Shown here: positions 25,366-34,115 of the stretch, in pieces | Layout: each line of letters starts with the position of its first letter | How positions within the stretch are numbered: position 1 is the stretch's first letter | NCBI GenBank assembly: GCA_964639295.1 | Contig: CAZXDT010000001.1 | Span: 1 to 50,783, forward strand | DNA length: 50,783 nt | Reading direction: 5' to 3' | Source: an uncultured Candidatus Saccharibacteria bacterium | GTDB lineage: Bacteria; Patescibacteriota; Saccharimonadia; Saccharimonadales; JALRHH01 | Translations under genes and position numbers: made by a program | The notes under the pieces: generated by a model | Seen by the model: the letters and a program-made list of their open reading frames with translations, nothing else | What the model was told of the DNA's origin: nothing | Database searches by the model: none

Positions 25366-26843
25366 GCTCTTGGTAGCCGAGGAATAACGTGCATGACTGG
25401 GATACAGATATTCCGGTCTTTCCACTCAATTGCACCAAATTCATACTTAGTCATTGACACCAGCGCTATTACCACTTCTGTCAAGACCTCTATAGGAAGG
25501 TTAAATAGGGCTATTACAATATTAGGGGGACTAGTGAGCTGCACGATGATGACGTGTATCAAAACAAGTAATCCATATGCTACTGCAGACAAGACGATTA
25601 CTAGTTGGTCGGAAGAAATAATCCCATATCCGACCCCAACAAGTGGTCCAAGCAAGAATGTGAGTTCAGCAATGACAAGCAGTATGACGTTTTCCGGCCT
25701 ACGTCTAAGCTGAGGATAACGCATACGTACAGCAGTAGAACGCTGATCTACAAATGTCTTGCGAGTTTGGACGTCTAGTGTATCATCAGATCTAATGAAG
25801 CTATAGTCATTAGTTTTGGTTAGCTCTCGTGCAAAGGATCCTTCCGGGATGATACTGTGACTTACAGCGTTAAAACCACCCAAGTGCTTTAGTGTCTTGC
25901 GTCTAATTAGCCAGCAGGTGCTGAGTACTGCAGGCCGATCAACAAGTTTACGTGGAAGAGCTAGTTCCCACCAGTAACGCATAGGCTGTATAAACGCTCC
26001 AGCGACGCTCCCACTGAGACGACGTGGCAAGACGCTAATCATTTGCTTATCACGCTGCAACATCTCTGTTACCAGCGCTTTTATGGCATGTGGGCCAAAA
26101 CGTACATCTACACCACAAAACAGTACAAAATCGCCGCTAGCCTCCTCGTAGAGCTTCTGATATGCCTGATTCTTGGCCAGCCAACGCTCTGCAGGTTCGT
26201 CCCCTTTTACAAAACGTACGCCGTCTTGAGCAAAACCTTTAATAATCTCTGAAGTCTTTGCTTGTGAGCAGTCGTCTAATACGATTACTTCTAGTTTAGG
26301 GTAATCACTAGCTAGTGCCGTACGAAGGCATTCCTCTAGGTCGATAGTTTCGTTTCGGGCTGGTATGACCAATGAAACTGTCGGTAATTCTCTGTCAGCA
26401 TAAAACGTTGTTCCTTGGCGGTACCGCGTCTTATAGGCGTTACGAATGGTAATTGTGAGTAGTCCAAGCGCAACTACTAATTGGGCAACAGCGGCTATTA
26501 CCGGTAAGTGATCAAACCCAGTGCCAGGTAGTATGCCGATAATAAAAGGCAGTAGCAGCAACTGGAAGGCAATAAAGGCTTGTGAGGTGCGCTTGGTTGC
26601 TTGTCGCAAGTATTCTTCGTGCATTCTTGCCTTAGCGATACGGACTAAATTGATGACCCTTGCAAGGCTTAATAAAGCTAATGTAACACCCAACCAATTA
26701 GGGTATTGGAAAATCAAAACAGAGGTAATTGCCGGAATTAATACTACTAAAGAAACTATGGTAGTTGTGCGGATCTCCCATAACAAACGACTGAACAAGC
26801 CCTGCTCCAGTAAAATAGTGACGAGAAGTGCCCCAATGATCAT
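25362..26843 (-). CDS. polytopic family-2 glycosyltransferase
   Basis: VSLVIPARNETIDLEECL...EVIVLDDCS is the GT2 DxD region. It is flanked by multiple hydrophobic helices at both ends. Confidence 0.75.
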   Translation of the reverse strand: MIIGALLVTILLEQGLFSRLLWEIRTTTIVSLVVLIPAITSVLIFQYPNWLGVTLALLSLARVINLVRIAKARMHEEYLRQATKRTSQAFIAFQLLLLPFIIGILPGTGFDHLPVIAAVAQLVVALGLLTITIRNAYKTRYRQGTTFYADRELPTVSLVIPARNETIDLEECLRTALASDYPKLEVIVLDDCSQAKTSEIIKGFAQDGVRFVKGDEPAERWLAKNQAYQKLYEEASGDFVLFCGVDVRFGPHAIKALVTEMLQRDKQMISVLPRRLSGSVAGAFIQPMRYWWELALPRKLVDRPAVLSTCWLIRRKTLKHLGGFNAVSHSIIPEGSFARELTKTNDYSFIRSDDTLDVQTRKTFVDQRSTAVRMRYPQLRRRPENVILLVIAELTFLLGPLVGVGYGIISSDQLVIVLSAVAYGLLVLIHVIIVQLTSPPNIVIALFNLPIEVLTEVVIALVSMTKYEFGAIEWKDRNICIPVMHVIPRLPRA

Positions 26844-26897
26844 GTCATTAATATATAGTGTTTATGCTTGCTGGACCAGACGATTGTTATATCCTAA

Positions 26898-26926
26898 TTG
26901 ACTGATGAACACAGATGGAGTAGTAT
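26898..26926 (+). promoter_or_regulatory. candidate promoter of secE-nusG
   Basis: TTGACT (26898-26903), a 17-nt spacer, then TAGTAT (26921-26926). Confidence 0.45.
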
Positions 26927-26937
26927 TGACTCATCCG

Positions 26938-26964
26938 GGATCTACTTAAATGGTAGATCTTTTT
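26938..26964 (+). promoter_or_regulatory. terminator-like hairpin inside the secE leader (possible attenuator)
   Basis: GGATCTAC-TTAAATG-GTAGATCT followed by TTTT. It ends 4 nt before the GGGAG SD of secE. Confidence 0.35.
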
Positions 26965-26978
26965 AATTGGGAGTACAC

Positions 26979-27404
26979 ATGGCAGAGAAGTCAGTTAAGC
27001 CGGCCAAGAAGCGCCAGCTCAAGAAAGTCGAAACAGTTCGTGAGCGTGCAGAACGTGGCGAGCTACCTAAAAAGCGTCGCGTTAAAGCAACCGCAGGCAA
27101 GATAAGTAAACCATTCCGCACAGTAGGCAAGTTCATTGCACGTATCAGTAAACCATTTGCGTTTGTACTGATCCCATTCAAGACTCGTCCAGCTCGTTTC
27201 ATTGGCCGTATATTAGTATCTGTTCTATTACTACGATATATTCGTGGAGCATGGAAAGAGGTGCGTCAGGTAGAGTGGCCAACTGCTCGTGAAACCACGC
27301 GTCTTACAATAGCCGTGTTTGTATTCTCTATTGTATTCGGTGTAATTGTTGCAGTAACCGACTATGGCTTGGACAAAATATTTAGAAAGGTATTTATAGA
27401 CTAA
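26979..27404 (+). CDS. secE: preprotein translocase subunit SecE with a long basic N-terminal extension
   Basis: The C-terminal WKEVRQVEWPTARETTRLTIAVFVFSIVFGVIVAVTDYGL is the SecE signature helix. A GGGAG SD precedes ATG 26979. nusG follows it. Confidence 0.85.
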   Translation: MAEKSVKPAKKRQLKKVETVRERAERGELPKKRRVKATAGKISKPFRTVGKFIARISKPFAFVLIPFKTRPARFIGRILVSVLLLRYIRGAWKEVRQVEWPTARETTRLTIAVFVFSIVFGVIVAVTDYGLDKIFRKVFID

Positions 27405-27946
27405 TGACTAAACGATATGACGCGACCAAACAGTGGTACGCAATCCACACTTACAGTGGGTATGAAGAGAAAGTAGCAGAAAGCATCCGCCAGCGTGCAG
27501 ATAGCTTGGATATGGCTGACAAGATTTTCCAGGTTATTGTACCTAAGGAAAAGATGATTGAAGTAAAGAACGGCAAGCGTAAAGTGGTTGAAAAGCGTAT
27601 CTTCCAGGGTTACGTTATGGTTCAGATGAAGATGAGTGAAGATGCATGGTACATCGTACGTAACACACCATCTGTTACTGGATTTGTAGGCAGCGGCTCA
27701 GAACCAACTCCTATCAGCAACGATGAGATCGAAAAGATTATGAAGCGTATGGGCCGCGAAGAGCCTAAGCACAAGATTGACTTTAACATTGGTGAAGTCG
27801 TTAATATTATCGACGGGCCATTTAAGGGCTTTGATGGTTCTATTAACGAGATTGACCCAGCTAAGGGCAAACTTAAGGTACTCGTTAACATGTTTGGTCG
27901 GGAAACCCCTGTCGAACTCGACAGTCTCCAAGTAAAGCGCGTCTAA
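27404..27946 (+). CDS. nusG: transcription termination/antitermination factor NusG
   Basis: NGN domain (WYAIHTYSGYEEKV) and KOW motif (GEVVNIIDGPFKGFDGSINEID). There is a TAATG overlap with secE. Confidence 0.95.
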   Translation: MTKRYDATKQWYAIHTYSGYEEKVAESIRQRADSLDMADKIFQVIVPKEKMIEVKNGKRKVVEKRIFQGYVMVQMKMSEDAWYIVRNTPSVTGFVGSGSEPTPISNDEIEKIMKRMGREEPKHKIDFNIGEVVNIIDGPFKGFDGSINEIDPAKGKLKVLVNMFGRETPVELDSLQVKRV

Positions 27947-27967
27947 TCGTAAGATTTTACACACACT

Positions 27968-27995
27968 AATAACCCTCAGAATTGAGGGTTATTTT
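27968..27995 (+). terminator. intrinsic terminator after nusG
   Basis: An 11-bp perfect stem, AATAACCCTCA-GAAT-TGAGGGTTATT, running into TTTT. Confidence 0.8.
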
Positions 27996-27996
27996 A

Positions 27997-30900
27997 CTAT
28001 TCAGTATCTAGTTGATTCTGGTTTGTTGACCCAGCATTCATATCAGTGAACGTCTTACCACCTCTGAGCCTACGATCGTTCCCGGCGTGGAGTAAGGTTG
28101 ATATGCCCGTAATGGTCGTCGGGTTATCATCGAGAGCAGTTGCAGTGAGAGAATCGTCTAGGGTCATAAACATAAATATATAGCGCGACTTAGTATTTGG
28201 AAGAGTAGATCGTGTACTTAGTGAGGCTGGCGAACCACAGTTAGAACTAACGCCAGCCATACTAAGCGATGAGCCGGGGAAAGAATAGCAAGCAGCACCA
28301 TTGCTGACACTTGAGGAATTAAGAGAGTATCGTGTAATTAATGGCATATCACCCGTACCCGAGGTGGTGGTACTCGCAGTATCAAGCACTCTGGAGTAGT
28401 TTGCCACTCTGCTAGGTAATCTAATTGCTGTAAATTCTGTAGTGGAGGTAATCGCCGGCACGGAAGCAGTTTCACTTGATGCACCACTTATTGCGTATAG
28501 ATATCCATTGGCTATGACTGTTGCCCCATGTTTATGAGCGCCACTGTTATTTGAAGCTGCAGACTGCCATGATAATGTGCCGTCAGATGCTATGTAAGCA
28601 TACCTAACATTACTAGTCGTTATATAACCTGAGGTGCCTGTTGATCCTCCAACCAGGTACAATACTCCATCTGATGCCGCTAAGCCCATTCCCGTTGCGG
28701 AAATACCCGTATAGTTTGTAGTTGCACACCAAGTATTGCTCGTGCCACAGGTATTCCCATCAAGATCACCATTACTGCCAATCTTTGCATACATGCCTGC
28801 GTTAGACATCCCAGTGTACGAGTTCGCACTTGTCACACCTCCAAAAAAGTATATGTAACCGTTGTAGGCTACGGCACTAATCGATGTTTGAGCGGTAAAA
28901 TTAGTTCCTGCAGTAGTGACAGTAGACCAGCTACCAGGGGCACCATTACTCCCCAATAAAGCAAATCGTACATTATTTGTTACGCCACCACTCTGTGTAC
29001 CACCGATTACATACAGACGGTTATCCCAGACAGCCAGACCAGCCCCCCATCTTCCTGTGCCACCATTAAATTGCGAGGTACTCCAAGTGCCAAGTTCACC
29101 TCGGCTTAAACCACTACAGCCACCATCAGTATTAAATCCAGTGCATATGCGTGCGTATTGCATATCTGCGCCATATGTACCTGAGCATGAGGATACGGTA
29201 CCACTTGTACAGCCTCCAGCAACATATAAGTAGCCATTGTATGCTGTTACTGCCTGCCCATACCCAGCAGTCCCGATCGCATTGGATGGGTTTTTCCATG
29301 TACTAGTCTGACCCGGGGTATTTGAAGTCGTGCAGTCAGTAGTAAATTGTGTGTTAAGACTTGTTTCACCAGCGCAGGATTCAACATATGATACGGCGGA
29401 TGATGCGGGGGTTACTACGGTACACGTACCTCCCGTCGTCGCAGTACAACCCCCTACGTTATATATAAATCCATCATATGTCGCCGAACCAGCCATATAC
29501 CTACTGATTGTCTGACCTGTACTTGCCCATGCCGCATTCGTATTTCCCCCGCCAAAGCTACTTATACTATCGATTGGCGCATACTGGCTATCATTAGTAG
29601 CTACGCTACAGGCGCCACTAGATGACGTAGTACATCCTGCTACAATTTGTAAGTTGTCCTTATTAGTAAACAGGGTACTCTGAAACCTATTAGTAGTAAA
29701 TGCAGTTGTAGCACCAAAAGACCCTATGTCACCACTTGCGTAAATAGACGCATACTTGACATCACCGTTGACAGCATCACCACCAACAGCGTATACATAG
29801 CCCCTTGTTGCAATCGCATTAACGAACTCTGGATCATTACCGGCACCGCTAAACGAAAGCGTAGTTGCTGACGTAGTCCATTTTCCTATTGTGCCATCTT
29901 TTCCTATCGCGGCATACTCAACGCTAGTTGTGTAGTTATTACAAAGACTCGCATTATTTGTAGAACAACCAGCGAGTGCATAAATATATCCATTGTATGC
30001 GAAAGTCCCATGACTCATTCGTGTTGTGTTCATAGCAGTAGTCGTGTTCCATGTGGCGGCAGCCATGCTGCCATCAAGATTCAAAGGCATGTATCGAACG
30101 ATGTTTGTTACCCTGTTTACTCCCAAACCATTGTGGCACCAGCCAGCTGATATATTTGTGCAACCACCTGTTATATAGAGGTATCCGTTATATGCTGTGA
30201 ATCCCATCTGGTATAGAATAGTTGCCAGCTTGACTGGTGCAGTTCTTGACCCACATCCAGCACCACCAGTATCAGGACACCAACTAGTAACTCCTTTAGA
30301 ACCGCCTACAGTACAGTTTGTCCCGGCTTGGAAACCGATTGTTTCATTTGACCCAGTGCAGACTGCAGCATACTGAACCCTATCGTACGCAGTACCACCA
30401 CCTTGTGTACCTCCAATCACGTAAATATAGCCGTTATAAGCTACAGCCTTATGGCCGACGACTATTGGAGTGCCTGAAATTGAATTTGTGGCAGTCCAAT
30501 TCGTTAGGGTACCGTTGCTGTTCATTTCCGCCCACTCTACAGCGTTTGTATAACCTGCGACAGTATTACCGCCGATAATAAAAATTAAATTCCCGGAAAT
30601 GGCACTTGCATATTGGCCTCTGTTTGATGATAGACCAGATGTTGTTGAGTTCCAGCTACCCACAGTTCCAGCAGAAATTGGTTTCCTGGCAATAGAGCCC
30701 GCAATTACATCCAGAGTATTACTTTCATCGTAACCATTATTAAATCCTGTGGAACTATTCACAGTAACACTTGGGTCAATAGAGATTGGGTATGAGAGAT
30801 CCTGAAGGTTCTTAGCATTGATTGTCAGTTTGTCATTTTTCAGTTCAAACCAAACTTCAGCTTTGGTCGCTTTATTAGAAGAGTCTATGACAACAGGCCT

Positions 30901-31704
30901 TGGAATAGTAAACCTTAGCTCTTCTGCTTTCTTCTCGGGTTTTTTAAGCCCGCCATCTTTACCTATTTTAGCGGCAATACTCGCTGCTTGGTATTCCTTA
31001 TTTACCGAATATACTCCCACCGAACCATCTTTATTAAGTTGAGCCATCAGAGAGTCGGGTAACTCCAGTTTGTATGCAAAACTCACACCAGATACTTTTT
31101 TAGGTATAACAATATCTTCTTTAATACCATCGTCTTTCAGCGTGTAGATAACCTGGCCTTTATCAAATGGATACACAATCGCACCGTCAATCTGTTTACC
31201 ATTCAACTGTTCAAACTGCGGTTTCATACTGAAGGCAAGTTTGTTAGGTGCGTCATACACTGTCTGACCTTGGGCTGCTTTTTGCCCCAAACTGACGCCA
31301 TAGTATTCACTGCCTCCAATCTTGAGCATATCCCCACTCTGGCCGTTGACTACTCCTCGTGCAGCATCTTGGTTGTACTGAAAAGCTTTGCTTTCTGTAT
31401 CAAATTTGATCTGCTCGCTTAGTGCCTTAGAAGACGCCCCTATAAGTTGTTTAACCTCAGGGGAAATTGCATAACGTTTTGCTTCCAGGTGTTGGGATAG
31501 TTGTATGCTACCAACGAGGGCGACAACAAAGAAGACTACGAGACCTGCTACAGTGAGGGAGGGTTTGAGCCTTGGCCGCCACTTCCTTACAGTTCTAGTA
31601 GGGGTAACCTTTGTATTAGCAATTTTAGGGCGTCTTATAGCAACATCTTGAAAAGAGGCTGGTTTCTTTTTCAAATTACTTCTTAGATCTTTGTTAGATT
31701 GCAT
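27997..31704 (-). CDS. large membrane-anchored surface protein with 12 Kelch-type beta-propeller blades, Cys-rich
   Basis: A basic N-terminus plus one TM helix (LTVAGLVVFFVVALVGSIQL). There are twelve blade signatures of the type YNGY[IL]Y[VI]xGG, and five blades are followed by a G-C-[ST]-x6-C loop. Confidence 0.8.
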   Translation of the reverse strand: MQSNKDLRSNLKKKPASFQDVAIRRPKIANTKVTPTRTVRKWRPRLKPSLTVAGLVVFFVVALVGSIQLSQHLEAKRYAISPEVKQLIGASSKALSEQIKFDTESKAFQYNQDAARGVVNGQSGDMLKIGGSEYYGVSLGQKAAQGQTVYDAPNKLAFSMKPQFEQLNGKQIDGAIVYPFDKGQVIYTLKDDGIKEDIVIPKKVSGVSFAYKLELPDSLMAQLNKDGSVGVYSVNKEYQAASIAAKIGKDGGLKKPEKKAEELRFTIPRPVVIDSSNKATKAEVWFELKNDKLTINAKNLQDLSYPISIDPSVTVNSSTGFNNGYDESNTLDVIAGSIARKPISAGTVGSWNSTTSGLSSNRGQYASAISGNLIFIIGGNTVAGYTNAVEWAEMNSNGTLTNWTATNSISGTPIVVGHKAVAYNGYIYVIGGTQGGGTAYDRVQYAAVCTGSNETIGFQAGTNCTVGGSKGVTSWCPDTGGAGCGSRTAPVKLATILYQMGFTAYNGYLYITGGCTNISAGWCHNGLGVNRVTNIVRYMPLNLDGSMAAATWNTTTAMNTTRMSHGTFAYNGYIYALAGCSTNNASLCNNYTTSVEYAAIGKDGTIGKWTTSATTLSFSGAGNDPEFVNAIATRGYVYAVGGDAVNGDVKYASIYASGDIGSFGATTAFTTNRFQSTLFTNKDNLQIVAGCTTSSSGACSVATNDSQYAPIDSISSFGGGNTNAAWASTGQTISRYMAGSATYDGFIYNVGGCTATTGGTCTVVTPASSAVSYVESCAGETSLNTQFTTDCTTSNTPGQTSTWKNPSNAIGTAGYGQAVTAYNGYLYVAGGCTSGTVSSCSGTYGADMQYARICTGFNTDGGCSGLSRGELGTWSTSQFNGGTGRWGAGLAVWDNRLYVIGGTQSGGVTNNVRFALLGSNGAPGSWSTVTTAGTNFTAQTSISAVAYNGYIYFFGGVTSANSYTGMSNAGMYAKIGSNGDLDGNTCGTSNTWCATTNYTGISATGMGLAASDGVLYLVGGSTGTSGYITTSNVRYAYIASDGTLSWQSAASNNSGAHKHGATVIANGYLYAISGASSETASVPAITSTTEFTAIRLPSRVANYSRVLDTASTTTSGTGDMPLITRYSLNSSSVSNGAACYSFPGSSLSMAGVSSNCGSPASLSTRSTLPNTKSRYIFMFMTLDDSLTATALDDNPTTITGISTLLHAGNDRRLRGGKTFTDMNAGSTNQNQLDTE

Positions 31705-31899
31705 ACCCTCTACTTACCATAAGCATTCATATATAAGTATACTGTTTGCTGTCTCTTTCTTAAAGAGTAGTCATTGCTCAAAAAATCAGCAGATATACCA
31801 TATGTGCTATATCCATAAGCACATACACTGTATGGATGATAAAAGCTTGAGCTTTCAATTCATTGAGTTATAGTCTATTGCAATAACTGTGAGGTTTAT

Positions 31900-32205
31900 G
31901 TGAGTGTAGAGCAAAATATTGAGCCACCCGTACCTAAATTTGATAGCAGACCAATCTTAACTAGCATTAGTATCGAAGAAGTTGGAGAGATTGGGGATCA
32001 CTTCGGTCATCTAAGCCCTCATGAAATAATTGGTAATTTTGTGCTGAAGCCAGAGTGTAAGATCATACTTGCTGATATGCAAATAGGTGCTCTGGAAGCA
32101 TTGCAATTGAGCACAGAACGAGATCAAGTAGAGACCGAAGCATGGGAAGAATGTCGCACACGCGCAGCAAACAATACACCTATTTATGATTCATTGTATA
32201 TATAG
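31900..32205 (+). CDS. hypothetical protein (101 aa, GTG start)
   Basis: An ORF with a GAGG SD 5 nt upstream of the GTG. No motif recognised. Confidence 0.4.
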   Translation: MSVEQNIEPPVPKFDSRPILTSISIEEVGEIGDHFGHLSPHEIIGNFVLKPECKIILADMQIGALEALQLSTERDQVETEAWEECRTRAANNTPIYDSLYI

Positions 32206-32207
32206 AC

Positions 32208-32236
32208 TCGACAATCTGTTAGATGTGTTGTAAAAT
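32208..32236 (+). promoter_or_regulatory. candidate rplK promoter
   Basis: TCGACA (32208-32213), a 17-nt spacer, then TAAAAT (32231-32236). Confidence 0.4.
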
Positions 32237-32330
32237 ACGTCAGTTACGCACGACTTAACACCTCATTACTTGAGGGAGAATACTTAGACAGCTTCAGTTC
32301 TAGGATTCGCAAAATAAGGAGTAAACTCTT

Positions 32331-32759
32331 ATGGCAAAAGCTGTAAAAGCTAATTTAAAGATGAAGATTAAAGGTGGACAAGCGTCAGCAGCTCCTCCAG
32401 TAGGTTCATCTCTTGGTCAGCACGGTGTGAACATGATGGATTTCATCAACCCGTTCAACGAGCAGACTAAGGACAAAATGGGACAGGACGTTACTGTTCA
32501 CATTACTATTTACGAAGACCGCACCATGGACTGGCGCGTTGTGAGTATCCCTACTGACAACCGCATCTTGGCCGAACTTGGTATCAAGAAAGGCTCAGGC
32601 CGCCCAAACAGCGAAAAGATCGCTAAGAAGCTAACTGACGCACAACTGACTAAGATTGCAGAAGAAAAAGCAGTCGACATGAACACTCAGGATATACCTG
32701 CAGTTAAGAAGATGGTCGCTGGAACAGCCCGCTCAATGGGAATCGAGATCGAAGGCTAG
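32331..32759 (+). CDS. rplK: 50S ribosomal protein L11
   Basis: KIKGGQASAAPPVGSSLGQHGVNMMDFINPFNEQT is the L11 N-terminal domain signature. An AAGGAG SD is present. Confidence 0.95.
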   Translation: MAKAVKANLKMKIKGGQASAAPPVGSSLGQHGVNMMDFINPFNEQTKDKMGQDVTVHITIYEDRTMDWRVVSIPTDNRILAELGIKKGSGRPNSEKIAKKLTDAQLTKIAEEKAVDMNTQDIPAVKKMVAGTARSMGIEIEG

Positions 32760-32761
32760 TC

Positions 32762-33013
32762 ATGACCGAACGTCACTTTCCAACTCATGAGGCGATTGAT
32801 GATCAGCTTTATGGCATGCCACTTGACACTGAACTATCTGGAGACGTATATGAGGATACAATGACCGCCCCAGCCCCCGAACCTCATTTGACAGCCCGCG
32901 AGCGTGATCTTTTATTGAACCACGCAGCTGAAATGGAGGATTGGGATACCTTTGACAAATTACAGGCAATAACACCAGATACACCGGATCCAAGAATTAA
33001 TATTGACCAATAG
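32762..33013 (+). CDS. hypothetical small acidic protein (83 aa) between rplK and rplA
   Basis: The ATG lies 2 nt after the rplK stop, and a GAAGG sits 7 nt upstream. The product is acidic and Pro-rich with no recognised motif. Confidence 0.4.
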   Translation: MTERHFPTHEAIDDQLYGMPLDTELSGDVYEDTMTAPAPEPHLTARERDLLLNHAAEMEDWDTFDKLQAITPDTPDPRINIDQ

Positions 33014-33024
33014 TAAATAAGTAA

Positions 33025-33056
33025 TTGTGGGAGGCTGATAGCCGGTTGCACCACAA
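33025..33056 (+). promoter_or_regulatory. structured hairpin abutting the rplA SD; candidate L1 autoregulatory site
   Basis: TTGTGG/CCACAA forms a 6-bp outer stem. Inside is an asymmetric internal loop and an inner GGCT-GAT-AGCC hairpin. The 5' arm reads GTGGGAGGCT. Confidence 0.4.
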
Positions 33057-33068
33057 AGGAGAATAATT

Positions 33069-34049
33069 ATGGCCAAGAGTAAGGCAGATTTGCTTGCAGA
33101 AGCAAAAGAACTCAAGTTAGAAGTAACTACTAAGAACACTATTGCAGAAATCACTGCTGCTATTGAAGCTGCTGGTACAACAGTTGTTGAACCAGTAGAA
33201 GCTACAGAAGTTAAGACTACTAAAGCTGGTAAGCGAAGCGAAAAAGGCCTCAAAGAAGCCGAAGAAAAAGTAGCAAAAGTAGAAGCTCAGGCTCACCGTG
33301 ATGAAGAAAAAGCCGAAGCAGCAGCTAAGCCTAAGCAAGTACAGAATGTAACTACTAAGCTAGAACGTCGTGCTAAGGGTTACCGTAAGTCAACAGAAGC
33401 AGTTGATAAGAACAAGGTATACAGCCTTAAAGAAGCTCTTGATCTTGCTACTAAGACAAGCCACGTTAAGTTTGACGCAACTGTTGAACTACACATTAAC
33501 CTTGGTGTTGACCCACGTCAGGCTGACCAGAACCTCCGTGACACTATTATCTTGCCAGCTGGTACAGGTAAGACTGTCCGCGTTGCTGTACTTGCAGACG
33601 CCGCAGGTGTAGCCGCTGCTAAGAAAGCTGGTGCTGACATTGCTGGTGAGGAAGAATTCCTACAACAGCTGGACGCAGGTAAGTTCGACTTCGACGTACT
33701 CGTAGCTACACCTCAAATGATGGCAAAACTTGGTAAGTATGCACGTGTGCTTGGCCCTAAGGGACTCATGCCTAACCCTAAGAGCGGTACTGTTACAACT
33801 GACGTTGCAAAAGCAGTTACTGAATCTAAGGCTGGTAAGGTTGAGTACCGTGTCGATAGCACTGGTATCGTCCATGTTGGCGTTGGTAAGGTCAGCTTTG
33901 GTGCTGACAAGCTCCACACTAACGTTAAAGCGTTGTTTGCAAGCATTAAGCACAATAAGCCTGCAAGCCTCAAGGCTGCATATGTTAAAGCAATTCACAT
34001 TGCTACAACTATGGGCCCGTCAATCAAAGTTGACACCACAGAAATCTAA
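33069..34049 (+). CDS. rplA: 50S ribosomal protein L1 with a ~95-aa N-terminal extension
   Basis: The core from about residue 98 ([25 protein letters not shown]...[15 protein letters not shown]...[15 protein letters not shown]) is canonical L1. A strong AAGGAG SD lies 7 nt before ATG 33069. Confidence 0.9.
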   Translation: MAKSKADLLAEAKELKLEVTTKNTIAEITAAIEAAGTTVVEPVEATEVKTTKAGKRSEKGLKEAEEKVAKVEAQAHRDEEKAEAAAKPKQVQNVTTKLERRAKGYRKSTEAVDKNKVYSLKEALDLATKTSHVKFDATVELHINLGVDPRQADQNLRDTIILPAGTGKTVRVAVLADAAGVAAAKKAGADIAGEEEFLQQLDAGKFDFDVLVATPQMMAKLGKYARVLGPKGLMPNPKSGTVTTDVAKAVTESKAGKVEYRVDSTGIVHVGVGKVSFGADKLHTNVKALFASIKHNKPASLKAAYVKAIHIATTMGPSIKVDTTEI

Positions 34050-34071
34050 ACCCTAGATTCTGCAAGATATA

Positions 34072-34099
34072 ACGACTCGCTATTTGCGGGTCGTTTTTG
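34072..34099 (+). terminator. intrinsic terminator after rplA
   Basis: ACGACTCGC-TATTT-GCGGGTCGT (9 bp, one G-U pair) followed by TTTTT. Confidence 0.8.
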
Positions 34100-34115
34100 T
34101 TATGCTTATGACTAT

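Noticed and set aside
28916-31042. Plus-strand ORFs (28916..29233, 29330..29515, 30318..30578, 30818..31042) opposite the Kelch gene.
   Set aside because: They are shadow ORFs of a 3.7-kb gene with a clear repeat architecture, and they have no start signals.
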